Source of the DNA: an uncultured Candidatus Saccharibacteria bacterium | GTDB lineage: Bacteria; Patescibacteriota; Minisyncoccia; Phycocordibacterales; UBA918 | Direction: 5' to 3' | Assembly (NCBI GenBank): GCA_964655825.1 | Contig: CAZZPW010000002.1 | Location: forward strand, 6,813 to 46,073 | Length of the DNA stretch: 39,261 nt | Part shown: positions 1 to 8,753 of the stretch, in pieces | Layout: the number at the start of each line of letters is the position of its first letter | Numbering within the stretch: the stretch's first letter is position 1 | Translations under genes and position numbers: made by a program | The notes under the pieces: generated by a model | The model's input: only the letters and a program-made list of their open reading frames with translations | Told to the model about the DNA's origin: nothing | The model's database searches: none

Positions 1-24
1 GGGCTTGCCACCAACCCAACCTTT

Positions 25-33
25 TGCTACTAT
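25..33 (+). promoter_or_regulatory. candidate extended -10 element (TGcTACTAT) for secG
   Basis: TGCTACTAT sits at 25..33, 9 nt before the secG ATG at 43. The same TGnTAnnAT pattern recurs before other operon-head genes in this window. Confidence 0.35.
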
Positions 34-42
34 CGAAGGCAC

Positions 43-285
43 ATGGAATTCTTACGAACGGTCGTAGCGCCGCTACTACCTTACATTCAGATTATTTTGT
101 CTGTCCTCCTCGTGGCAGCCATTCTCCTCCAGCAACGTGGTTCGAGTCTTGGCGGTGCCTTTGGTGGCGACAACTTTAGCGCAGCCTTCAATAAGCGACG
201 CGGTGGTGAACTATTCCTGTTTCGCCTCTCAATCGGGCTCGCTATAGCATTTGCGCTCGCAGCACTGCTCAACCTGTTCGTGTAG
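43..285 (+). CDS. secG: preprotein translocase subunit SecG
   Basis: 80-aa protein with two TM helices joined by a SecG-type Gly-rich loop (LLQQRGSSLGGAFGGDNF). ATG start. Confidence 0.8.
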   Translation: MEFLRTVVAPLLPYIQIILSVLLVAAILLQQRGSSLGGAFGGDNFSAAFNKRRGGELFLFRLSIGLAIAFALAALLNLFV

Positions 286-373
286 ATACGTGCGGTCAGC
301 GATTGGTAGCCCTTTCGCCATACCACCGCCCCTCCATACTCGTCTTTGATTGATTTTTCTCTATTGAAACTCT

Positions 374-2113
374 ATGAAACCGCTGCGCCGAAATCGCGCC
401 GACGGCTCACAACCGAGCCTACTCCACCACTACTTTGGCTACCTCTATCGCCGAAGCTCGTTTGATAGGGCGGTCTTGGCAACTGTTTTGTGTATCTTTG
501 TGGTAAGCGGTGCCATTTGGCTTTGGCAGTATGGTACCAACAACCAAACCATCGTACCGACCCGTGGTGGGACACTGCACGAAGGGATTATTGGCGCACC
601 GCGATTTGTAAACCCTGTGCTGGCGATTACGCGGGCTGACCAAGATATGGTTAATCTGATATACCGCGGACTCTACACAGTTGACGCTGACGGCACGTTG
701 GTGCCTGATCTGGCTGAATCGCTAACCATCTCAGAAGACGGACGCGTCTATAACCTCACCCTAAAGACCGACCAATACTGGCACGATGCTACCCCAATCA
801 CGGCAGAGGACGTGATGTACACCATTGCAATGGTACAAAACCCAGAACTAAAAAGTCCGGTGCGCGGTAATTGGAATGACGTCACGGTGGAACTCATAGA
901 TACCCACGAACTCAACCTGGTGTTGGAAGAGCCTTACACGCCATTTATCGAAAACCTCACCCTCGGCATCGTGCCGCGACACCTCTGGGGAAGTTTATCC
1001 ACTGACGAATTTCCATTTAGCCAGTACAATACAATGCCGGTGGGAAGCGGGCCATTTCGAATCAGTGAAGTCATTCGAGGCGATACTGGATTAATCGAAC
1101 GATATACCTTTGAAGTATTTCCCGAATTTTCACCCAGCCCAGCGATTAGCGGCCTCGCGATTCACTTCTTTGCGGATGAGGTAGAGGTTCGTCGGGCACT
1201 TGAGTCTGGCGACATTACGCATACGGCTGCCCTCGATAATCAGAGTGTGGCAGCATTGGCCGAAAACTACACCGTGTATACCCGGCCACTACCACGAGTA
1301 TTTGCTTTGTACCCCAACCAAAATCGCAACCCAGCGCTTCGCGACGTAGCGGCTCGACGAGCACTGAGCGACACGATAGATCGCGCAACGCTGATTGAGG
1401 AGGTATTAGCTGGGTACGGTGAGTCGACCGCACTCCCGGTGCCGCGCGGGTATGGTTTGGCTACCACGACCAGCTCGAGTAGTCTGGCCCGTGCAACCGA
1501 AACCCTGCTCGCTGGCGGCTGGCAACAAACCGACGCGGGCGGTTGGGAGAAAACCATTGATGACGTTACAGTTCCACTGGCAGTGACGGTTACTACCGCC
1601 AATGTCGCTCCGTTTGAGGCAACTGCAGAATTTGTTGCAGACGCCTGGGAGGCACTCGGCGTCGATGTGAGTCTGGCTCTCTACGAGCAAAGCGACTTAG
1701 TACAGGCAGTTATTCGTCCCCGCGATTACGAGCTCTTGCTCTTCGGTACCGACATTGGCCGTCAGCTCGACTTCTATCCGTTTTGGCACTCAAGTCAGCG
1801 AGAAGATCCAGGGCTCAACGTTGCTCTGTACACGAACATAACCGTCGACGAAACACTTGAGGCGTACCGCACTACGCAAGATACGTCCGAACAAGTGGCC
1901 TTACTGGAAGATTTTATTGCCGAGATTCGTACCGACCAACCAGCTATCTTCCTCTTCAATCCCCAATTTACATACGTCACCCGGAGTGACATTCCGATTA
2001 CCATTCCAGCCCAACTGACGCGCCCCAGCGAGCGGTTTGCAACGCTTCCAGCGTGGCACATACAGTCAGAGTCATTATGGCCAATGGTTATTAATCGATT
2101 AGAAAATCAGTAA
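374..2113 (+). CDS. ABC-transporter substrate-binding protein, family 5 (peptide/nickel type), membrane anchored
   Basis: 579 aa with an N-terminal TM anchor followed by the block RGGTLHEGIIGAPRFVNPVLA. Length and layout are typical of DppA/OppA-like SBP_bac_5 proteins. No permease or ATPase genes are adjacent. Confidence 0.75.
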   Translation: MKPLRRNRADGSQPSLLHHYFGYLYRRSSFDRAVLATVLCIFVVSGAIWLWQYGTNNQTIVPTRGGTLHEGIIGAPRFVNPVLAITRADQDMVNLIYRGLYTVDADGTLVPDLAESLTISEDGRVYNLTLKTDQYWHDATPITAEDVMYTIAMVQNPELKSPVRGNWNDVTVELIDTHELNLVLEEPYTPFIENLTLGIVPRHLWGSLSTDEFPFSQYNTMPVGSGPFRISEVIRGDTGLIERYTFEVFPEFSPSPAISGLAIHFFADEVEVRRALESGDITHTAALDNQSVAALAENYTVYTRPLPRVFALYPNQNRNPALRDVAARRALSDTIDRATLIEEVLAGYGESTALPVPRGYGLATTTSSSSLARATETLLAGGWQQTDAGGWEKTIDDVTVPLAVTVTTANVAPFEATAEFVADAWEALGVDVSLALYEQSDLVQAVIRPRDYELLLFGTDIGRQLDFYPFWHSSQREDPGLNVALYTNITVDETLEAYRTTQDTSEQVALLEDFIAEIRTDQPAIFLFNPQFTYVTRSDIPITIPAQLTRPSERFATLPAWHIQSESLWPMVINRLENQ

Positions 2114-2129
2114 ACAACGTACACGAACT

Positions 2130-4073
2130 ATGAACGAATCAGCAGCTTCAGCGAGCCCCCGCCGCCGACCCCAACACGCTCGCCCCCGCAGCCGTGCGCA
2201 GCACAGCAGTACCCACAAACGGCCGAACGGCAATCGTGGTCACGAGCGACCGCGCGGCGCCAAAAAAACCACAAAAAAGACCAGTCGAAAGCGAAATGGT
2301 GGCCGCGGACAGCGTCGTCGCAGTATGACGAGTCCGGCCCTCAAGCACCGACTCGCTACGACCGACACCAAAGGACCGCAACTGCCCGAGGTAACGGACG
2401 AGAACACCATTCGCGTCATTCCCATCTCTGGCGTTGAAGAAATTGGTCGCAACATGATTGTGTTTGAGAGTAAAGACGACATCGTGGTATTTGATGCTGG
2501 TTTTCAGTTTGTTTCTGAAGGTTCGCATGCCCCGGGTATCAACTACATCTTGCCGAACACGCAGTACCTCGAGGAGCGTAAGCACAAAATTCGCGCGCTC
2601 GTGATTACCCACGGTCACCTCGACCACATTGGTGGCATCCCCTTCGTAATGGAACGGATTGGTAATCCACCTATCTATACCCAACACCTGACGTCGCTCA
2701 TGATTAAAAAGCGACAAGAGGAGTTCCCACACATGGACCCGCTTACCATCAACGAAGTTAAGGAGGGTGAAGGATTTACCGTCGGCTCAACGAAAATTAA
2801 GACGTTCCCCGTTACGCACTCGATTCCCGATGCAATGGGGGTCTCGGTGGAGACAAAGTTTGGTGATGTCGTAGTCACTGGTGACATTCGTCTCACCCAC
2901 GAAAACGGTGACGTCGTGCCCGAAGAGAAAAAGAGCTGGGAAGGTGTTGGTAAAAACAACAACCTGGTGATGCTGGCTGACTCCACGAACGCCGACCGCG
3001 ACGGTTTCTCCTCGCCGGAGAGTGTTGTCTTTGAGTCGCTCGAGCGCCTGATTCGCGACACGAAAGGGCGCATGGTTATCGGTACCTTTGCCTCGCAGTT
3101 TGAACGACTCATCCACATCATTAAAATGGCCGAAAAGTATGGCAAGTATGTGGTACCAGAGGGGCGTAGTATCAAAACGCACATCGACATTGCGATTAAG
3201 TCAAAAATGCTTGAAGTAAAACCCGGTGTACTTATTACAGCCCCCCAAATGGAGGACTACCCCAGCGATAAAATTGTCGTACTCGCCACCGGCGCCCAGG
3301 GTGAAGAGTTTGCCGCCCTGATGCGGATGGCGACCGACAAACATAAATACGTCACCCTAAATGAACGCGACACACTCGTACTCTCCTCTTCGGTTATTCC
3401 GGGTAACGAAATTGCCGTGCAAAAGCTCAAGGATAATATTTACCGTAAGAATGTTCGTGTCGTGAACTACAAGAGTGACGCAGTGCACGCCTCGGGGCAC
3501 GGTAATGCCGGCGAACTCTGTTGGGTACGCCAACAGGTTAAGCCCAAGTTCTTGGTACCGGTCCATGGTCATCACTTCCATCTCAAGAGCCACAAGTACG
3601 CGGCTATCGACACTGGTTTCCCGAAAGAGAATATTGTCGTGCCCGATAATGGCTCACTCATCGATATTGTAAATGGTGAAGAGATCATAGTGCACAAGCA
3701 AAAAGCCCCTACCGAGCTCATCATGGTGGATGGCTTTACCGTTGGCGCTAAACAAGAGGTCGTCTTGCGCGATCGTGAGACGCTGGCCAACGACGGTATG
3801 TTTGTGATTATCGCCACGGTAAGCACTAAGAACGGCAAGTTGCGCAAGTCACCCGACATCATCTCGCGTGGGTTTGTCTACCTCCGAGAAAACCAACAGT
3901 TGCTCTCCGAGGCCCGAGTATTGGTTAAACGAACTATCGAGAAGCACACGCAGGGTATGCACCCTCTCGACCTTGACTACGTCAAAGACCAGGTGACCGA
4001 CACCCTCAACGGCTTCCTGCTACAAAAAACACATAAGAACCCGATGGTCATCCCCGTCCTCATCGGTATCTAA
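2130..4073 (+). CDS. rnj: ribonuclease J (metallo-beta-lactamase/beta-CASP) with an Arg/Lys-rich N-terminal extension
   Basis: Contains the VITHGHLDHIGG metallo-beta-lactamase motif. The ~555-aa core has an RNase J layout (IRVIPISGVEEIGRNM start, HASGHG, VPVHGH). The first ~90 aa are low-complexity and basic. An internal Met (MTSPALKH) is an alternative start. Confidence 0.9.
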   Translation: MNESAASASPRRRPQHARPRSRAQHSSTHKRPNGNRGHERPRGAKKTTKKTSRKRNGGRGQRRRSMTSPALKHRLATTDTKGPQLPEVTDENTIRVIPISGVEEIGRNMIVFESKDDIVVFDAGFQFVSEGSHAPGINYILPNTQYLEERKHKIRALVITHGHLDHIGGIPFVMERIGNPPIYTQHLTSLMIKKRQEEFPHMDPLTINEVKEGEGFTVGSTKIKTFPVTHSIPDAMGVSVETKFGDVVVTGDIRLTHENGDVVPEEKKSWEGVGKNNNLVMLADSTNADRDGFSSPESVVFESLERLIRDTKGRMVIGTFASQFERLIHIIKMAEKYGKYVVPEGRSIKTHIDIAIKSKMLEVKPGVLITAPQMEDYPSDKIVVLATGAQGEEFAALMRMATDKHKYVTLNERDTLVLSSSVIPGNEIAVQKLKDNIYRKNVRVVNYKSDAVHASGHGNAGELCWVRQQVKPKFLVPVHGHHFHLKSHKYAAIDTGFPKENIVVPDNGSLIDIVNGEEIIVHKQKAPTELIMVDGFTVGAKQEVVLRDRETLANDGMFVIIATVSTKNGKLRKSPDIISRGFVYLRENQQLLSEARVLVKRTIEKHTQGMHPLDLDYVKDQVTDTLNGFLLQKTHKNPMVIPVLIGI

Positions 4074-4079
4074 GAAAAA

Positions 4080-4102
4080 CCCCGCCATCTGGCGGGGTTT
4101 TT
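4080..4102 (+). terminator. rho-independent terminator after rnj
   Basis: Stem CCCCGCC (4080..4086), loop ATCT, stem GGCGGGG (4091..4097), then TTTTT (4098..4102). Confidence 0.8.
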
Positions 4103-4134
4103 CAACGCTTCAGAAGCGGCACAGTGAGTGAACT

Positions 4135-4143
4135 TGCTACAAT
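4135..4143 (+). promoter_or_regulatory. extended -10 promoter element (TGcTACAAT), leaderless-type spacing
   Basis: TGCTACAAT ends 6 nt before the ATG at 4150. There is no Shine-Dalgarno sequence. Confidence 0.45.
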
Positions 4144-4149
4144 AGCTGT

Positions 4150-5349
4150 ATGTCTTTTCTCCACCGGCACCCTTTCTCGCGCCATAATGCACCACCCAAG
4201 TACTGGTTGGTGTATGTCTTGGCGATTCTCATCAACCTGCAGTCGTTCTTAGTCGCGTACACTAACTCAACCTACCTTGAGCAATTTGCGAGCCCTGAGG
4301 TGATTGGTCTGCTGTACACCGTCGGCTCGGCGCTGGCGATATTGGTTTTTTTGTTTATCTCCCGCGTGCTGCGAAAAGTTGGTAACACAAAATTCACCCT
4401 CGGTATTGCTGGAGCAATCATTTGTGCACTTGCCGTTATGGGGACGAGCACCTTCCCTCCCCTCATTATTACGTTTTTTGTGGTGTTGTTGGTAGCCGGG
4501 CCACTCATGTATATGTCACTCGATGTCTTCTCCGAGGCGTTAATTGGCAATAACGAAGCGAGTACCGGCAGCAAACGCGGTCTGGCGCTCTCACTCATGA
4601 GTGTGGCTGGCGCATCGGGGCCGCTATTAGTAGCCCTTATCGTGGGTGACAATGATGCCAACTTAACCCAAACGTACCTCTTGGCCAGCTTCGTAGGACT
4701 CCTCTTTTTGGCTTTGGTTCTTATTCACTTTCGGCACTTCCACGACCCAGCTTATAAAGAGGTACGAATCATGCGTACCCTACGCACATTCTACGAGTCA
4801 GCAGCGCTGCGGACGGGATTTTTAACCCATTTCTCGCTGCAAATGTTCTTTGCCTGGACCATTATTTATATGCCCCTCTATCTTGCTACCGAGATTGGTC
4901 TGCACTGGGACAAAATTGGCACCATCCTTGGTGTCGGTCTCTTAGCCTACGTATTCTTCGAGTGGCCAATTGGCTGGTTGGCGGACAACCGCTGGGGTGA
5001 GAAAGAGATGATGGCGGTTGGGTTCTTAATCCTCGCGACCACCGTAGGGGCTATTGCCTTTATGAGCACGACTAGTATTTGGCCCTGGATTGCACTGATG
5101 TTTGTTAACCGTATTGGCGCTGCGCTCATTGAAGTAACAACCGAAAGCTACTTCTTTAAACATACCAAAGGTACCGATGCTAACCTGATTAGCTTCTTCC
5201 GCCTCACGCGACCGCTAGGCCTGATTGTTGGGTCACTCATTGGAAGCGCAGCGTTACTCTACCTCCCGTTCAACCTCATATTCATCGTATTTGCGTTAGC
5301 ACTCATTCCTGGCATGTTGTTAACCAGCACCCTCCACGATACCCGGTAA
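4150..5349 (+). CDS. MFS-type transporter
   Basis: 399 aa, very hydrophobic, about 12 TM segments arranged as two six-helix halves. Confidence 0.7.
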   Translation: MSFLHRHPFSRHNAPPKYWLVYVLAILINLQSFLVAYTNSTYLEQFASPEVIGLLYTVGSALAILVFLFISRVLRKVGNTKFTLGIAGAIICALAVMGTSTFPPLIITFFVVLLVAGPLMYMSLDVFSEALIGNNEASTGSKRGLALSLMSVAGASGPLLVALIVGDNDANLTQTYLLASFVGLLFLALVLIHFRHFHDPAYKEVRIMRTLRTFYESAALRTGFLTHFSLQMFFAWTIIYMPLYLATEIGLHWDKIGTILGVGLLAYVFFEWPIGWLADNRWGEKEMMAVGFLILATTVGAIAFMSTTSIWPWIALMFVNRIGAALIEVTTESYFFKHTKGTDANLISFFRLTRPLGLIVGSLIGSAALLYLPFNLIFIVFALALIPGMLLTSTLHDTR

Positions 5350-5397
5350 TGCTGCGTCTATGTCGCTAACGTAATTCCGAGAATAAACTGCAATAAA

Positions 5398-5423
5398 AAT
5401 AGCTTACTATATAGTAAGCTATT
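5398..5423. terminator. bidirectional terminator hairpin between convergent genes
   Basis: Perfect 26-bp palindrome AATAGCTTACTATATAGTAAGCTATT, flanked by A/T runs, between the MFS gene (+) and the glycosylase gene (-). Confidence 0.65.
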
Positions 5424-5460
5424 ATATTCGGTGATTTAGGTTACTCGGCAACACTATTAC

Positions 5461-6279
5461 TTACGATGGCAAGTGATACGTCTGTTTGGTTTTGCTGATA
5501 AGCGCCTCTCTAAGCAGTCGGTCCAGCTGGACATCAATAGTCATCTCGTTGAGGTGGCTAAGTCGTTTTTTGAGAGCACTGTCAGTACCGGCTGCTTCAC
5601 TCAACGTCCGAATAATTGCTCCTCGCACTTGACGGTCACTACCCTTAAAGGTCGATTGCTTGGTGTAGTTTCTGGCGCGGCTATTGGGGTTACCATGAGT
5701 TTTTTTGAGGTGCGTACCATAATCCATGAGAGCAGCGTACCAACAGCGGGCACTGTCGATATGTTCTAGATGTCGCGTTACGAGCACGAGTATCTCAGCG
5801 TCAGTCACATCGGTATCGTCGGCAAAAAAGTGGTGTAGATAGACCGTGCGCACATTTGTTTCTATCAGTGGCACTGCCTCGTTGTACGCAAACGCCAATA
5901 CCGCTGCAGCAGTATACGGGCCGACCCCGGGTAGCTGCTGCAGCTCGGTATACGTCTTCGACCAGCGACCACTCCGTTCGCTCGTAATCACCTGCGCACA
6001 TTGCCAGAGTAATTTGGCTCGACGGTTGTAGCCCAATCCTTGCCACAGGGTGAGTACGTCTCCCAACGTGGCTGCGGCCAGCCGTTTTGCATTGGGAAAC
6101 GCTCGAATAAATGCTTGATATTTGGGTATAACTCGGTCGACCTGAGTTTGCTGGAGCATTACTTCCGAGACGAGAATACGATACGGGTTGGTGGTTTTGC
6201 GCCACGGCAAATGCTGTCGACCCTGTTGGTCGTAATGGTTTTTTACCGTGGTAATAAAAGCTCTATCTCGTTTTTGCAT
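5461..6279 (-). CDS. HhH-GPD DNA glycosylase, MutY-like, lacking Fe-S cluster cysteines and the NUDIX-like C-terminal domain
   Basis: LPWRKTTNPYRILVSEVMLQQTQVDRVIPKY, WQGLGYNRRA and LPGVGPYTAAAV closely match the MutY N-terminal domain. Only 272 aa long. The start overlaps the photolyase stop by 17 nt. Confidence 0.75.
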   Translation of the reverse strand: MQKRDRAFITTVKNHYDQQGRQHLPWRKTTNPYRILVSEVMLQQTQVDRVIPKYQAFIRAFPNAKRLAAATLGDVLTLWQGLGYNRRAKLLWQCAQVITSERSGRWSKTYTELQQLPGVGPYTAAAVLAFAYNEAVPLIETNVRTVYLHHFFADDTDVTDAEILVLVTRHLEHIDSARCWYAALMDYGTHLKKTHGNPNSRARNYTKQSTFKGSDRQVRGAIIRTLSEAAGTDSALKKRLSHLNEMTIDVQLDRLLREALISKTKQTYHLPS

Positions 6280-7657
6280 CGAATAAATCAGTCGTACCAG
6301 TGTATCGTTCTACAAAGGCTTCCACGTCAAACTTTCGCTTAGCACCATTGAAATTCATATAGCGAATTTTGCCAAAGACTGGTCGCTCCGTCCAGGCGCG
6401 GTCATGCACCCCCGCAATCGACCACATCACCCCCACTACACCATTACTGTCGCGCCCATCAAGCTCGTAGCGGTCGTTTAAGGTGAGTGCAACCTCAATG
6501 GCGTACTCCGGGGTATTTGTCCATTCGAGTATCTTCTTAGCCCAGTACATACGACACCAGCCGTGCATCTTCCCTTCCCGGACCATCTGCAACTGCATCG
6601 CGTTCCAAAGCGGGTCGTGTGTTTCAGCCGCTTCGAATTCCTTAAAGGTGTATACGTACTCACGCTCATCTTCACGGTGCTCGGCCAAGGTCTTTTGTGC
6701 CCACTCGTGGGCACCATTAAGAGTATCGTACCCCTCGGTGTAGTAGACGTAATTATCGGTTAGTTCACGTCGGACAATCAGTTCCTCCAGAAACGCGTCT
6801 TTGTCCTCTCGGCGCGTACCCCGTTTCGCTTCCACCAGCAGTGCTACACGCTGCGCTGAGATGTTCCCCCAGCGTAAATACGGCGAGAGATTAGACAATA
6901 CCGACTCATTGGGGTCGTTACGTTTAGCGGCGTAATCGTTGATGCGGTCGCTCAGGAATTGCTCTAACACGCGGTGCGCAGCGGCTTCGCCGGGTGATAT
7001 CCAATCGGGGAGCGGCGCCTCGACCGAGACATTCCGAAACGACGCAATGGTTGCCCAATTATGGTCGGGTTTGGGGCCAGTATAGGCCGTCACAGGTTTT
7101 TGCAACGTGGGGTACTCCTGCAGAAATTCTTCTAAAACTTTGTGTACTTTGGGACGAAACGTATGGGCCGCAAATTCGGCTTTCGGGCTGGCTACCCAGC
7201 ACGGTATGATGTTGTGCGCGTCGACTTCCTCAGCCCGAATTGGTAGCCGCTCTGCGACTGCCGTGCGCCAATCTCGCACCGGTTGCAACGGATTAAAGTC
7301 AAAGACGACCCGGCCGGCCTGGTGTGTTTTACAAAACTCAGGAATAACCAATTCCCACTCGCCGCATACTACGTAAAAAGGGATATCTCGATTACGTACG
7401 TTTTGTTCGACCTCTTGCAACGACGCAATCATCCATTCGTTGTGGCGCCGAGAACCCTCGTTAAACATTGGACCGACCGCGAAGAGTACGAGCAAAGCTA
7501 CTCCCTGCTCCGCGGCTTGTTCGGCAGCGTGCAGGAGTGCCCAGTTATCTTGCACTCGCTGTTCACGAGCCATAACATATACCACCGGACCGTCACCACT
7601 CGACTGGTCATTGAGACACCGTACGCGTCTGGCATCAACGTTACTCATTGACGACAT
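6263..7657 (-). CDS. phr: deoxyribodipyrimidine photolyase, class II
   Basis: GPVVYVMAREQRVQDNWALLHA, VVFDFNPLQPVR and VDAHNIIPCW are class II CPD-photolyase blocks. 464 aa. An alternative start lies at 7648. Confidence 0.85.
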   Translation of the reverse strand: MSSMSNVDARRVRCLNDQSSGDGPVVYVMAREQRVQDNWALLHAAEQAAEQGVALLVLFAVGPMFNEGSRRHNEWMIASLQEVEQNVRNRDIPFYVVCGEWELVIPEFCKTHQAGRVVFDFNPLQPVRDWRTAVAERLPIRAEEVDAHNIIPCWVASPKAEFAAHTFRPKVHKVLEEFLQEYPTLQKPVTAYTGPKPDHNWATIASFRNVSVEAPLPDWISPGEAAAHRVLEQFLSDRINDYAAKRNDPNESVLSNLSPYLRWGNISAQRVALLVEAKRGTRREDKDAFLEELIVRRELTDNYVYYTEGYDTLNGAHEWAQKTLAEHREDEREYVYTFKEFEAAETHDPLWNAMQLQMVREGKMHGWCRMYWAKKILEWTNTPEYAIEVALTLNDRYELDGRDSNGVVGVMWSIAGVHDRAWTERPVFGKIRYMNFNGAKRKFDVEAFVERYTGTTDLFDAKTR

Positions 7658-7865
7658 ACTCTACGTCTCGCACACCATCCTCGGGTGGCATAATAATCCA
7701 CGCTAAGATATAAAACAGTATACCCGGTACAAAACCGGAGACAATCGTCACCAACACAAACGCTAAACGCCACAGTGTTACGTCATGACCAAAATACTTA
7801 GCCATACCAGCAATGACACCGGCTACCAGTTGATTAGATACATCTCGAGTTAATTTCTTTTCCAT
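7641..7865 (-). CDS. PspC domain-containing membrane protein
   Basis: KLTRDVSNQLVAGVIAGMAKYFGHDVTLWRLAFVL followed by one TM helix. The ORF track starts at a TTG (7880), but I prefer the ATG at 7865 (MEKKL). Confidence 0.7.
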   Translation of the reverse strand: MEKKLTRDVSNQLVAGVIAGMAKYFGHDVTLWRLAFVLVTIVSGFVPGILFYILAWIIMPPEDGVRDVEYVVNE

Positions 7866-7871
7866 ACATTC

Positions 7872-7877
7872 ATTATA
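7872..7877 (-). promoter_or_regulatory. -10 box TATAAT, 6 nt upstream of the pspC-like ATG
   Basis: The minus strand reads TTGTATAATGAATGTATG. A perfect TATAAT is followed by 6 nt and then the ATG at 7865. Confidence 0.4.
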
Positions 7878-8024
7878 CAAAAAATAACAACCATCATCAC
7901 TTTAGCTAATTTTATGAGCTTTAGGATGACGGAGATGCAAGGCGTGCAAGGAAAACTGAAGGAGACGTATCTCTATACGGTGACTAAAGTTTTACCGTAG
8001 CACAACGCAGCAGATTCGTTATAT

Positions 8025-8711
8025 CTAAAGCTCATAAATGACGTCTTTACGTTCGACGACCACCTTCCACCCCATCCGCTTTGCATGCTGAAACAGGGTA
8101 TTGTTAGGATTAAAACAAATCGGCATGGCCACCATATCGAGCATAGAAATGTCACTTTCCGTATCTCCGACCGCTACTGAGTTGTCGATTGTAAAATCCT
8201 CGCTCTCGAGTACGCGTTTAATAACATTAGCTTTGTTAGCGACTATCTCCTCATCATTAACCGCCCCCGTAAAGCGATCGGTGGGGCCAATTTCGTACAA
8301 TCGACCATACACCTTATCGAAACCGTACTCTGCACAAAAATCATCTAAAATGGTTTTAGGTGACTGCGAAATAGCAACCACATAGTAGTTCTGTTTCTTA
8401 AGCTTACTGATGAGGTCTCGAGTATACCGATACACGCGCTTCTGGTTATCAATTACAACCGACCGACCGGTATCGGCAAAATCACCGTAATGGACGCCTT
8501 TTATATGCTCCAAAAAAACCTGCACCATCGCTTCCAGATAGGCTTCGTAGGTGCCTTCGCGATTGTGCCACGCGCGATACTGCTTTTGATACCCTTCCCG
8601 AGCTTGTTCTGGAAAGAGCTCAGCGGCAATGAGAGCCTCTACCAACTCCACTAACAAACTAGAGCGAAAGACGGTTCCGTCTATATCAAGAAAGGCCACT
8701 TTCTGCTGCAT
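8025..8711 (-). CDS. HAD-superfamily hydrolase (subfamily IB, SerB-like)
   Basis: Motif I FLDIDGTVF and motif IV VAVGDTESDISML. The ATG at 8711 (MQQKVAF) is preferred over the GTG at 8729. Confidence 0.75.
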   Translation of the reverse strand: MQQKVAFLDIDGTVFRSSLLVELVEALIAAELFPEQAREGYQKQYRAWHNREGTYEAYLEAMVQVFLEHIKGVHYGDFADTGRSVVIDNQKRVYRYTRDLISKLKKQNYYVVAISQSPKTILDDFCAEYGFDKVYGRLYEIGPTDRFTGAVNDEEIVANKANVIKRVLESEDFTIDNSVAVGDTESDISMLDMVAMPICFNPNNTLFQHAKRMGWKVVVERKDVIYEL

Positions 8712-8753
8712 ACAGCTCAAGTGTACCACCCTTTATAAAATCTACCAGCAAAG

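Noticed and set aside
2148-2732. 194-aa minus-strand ORF.
   Set aside because: It is antisense to the well-supported RNase J gene and has no recognisable features.
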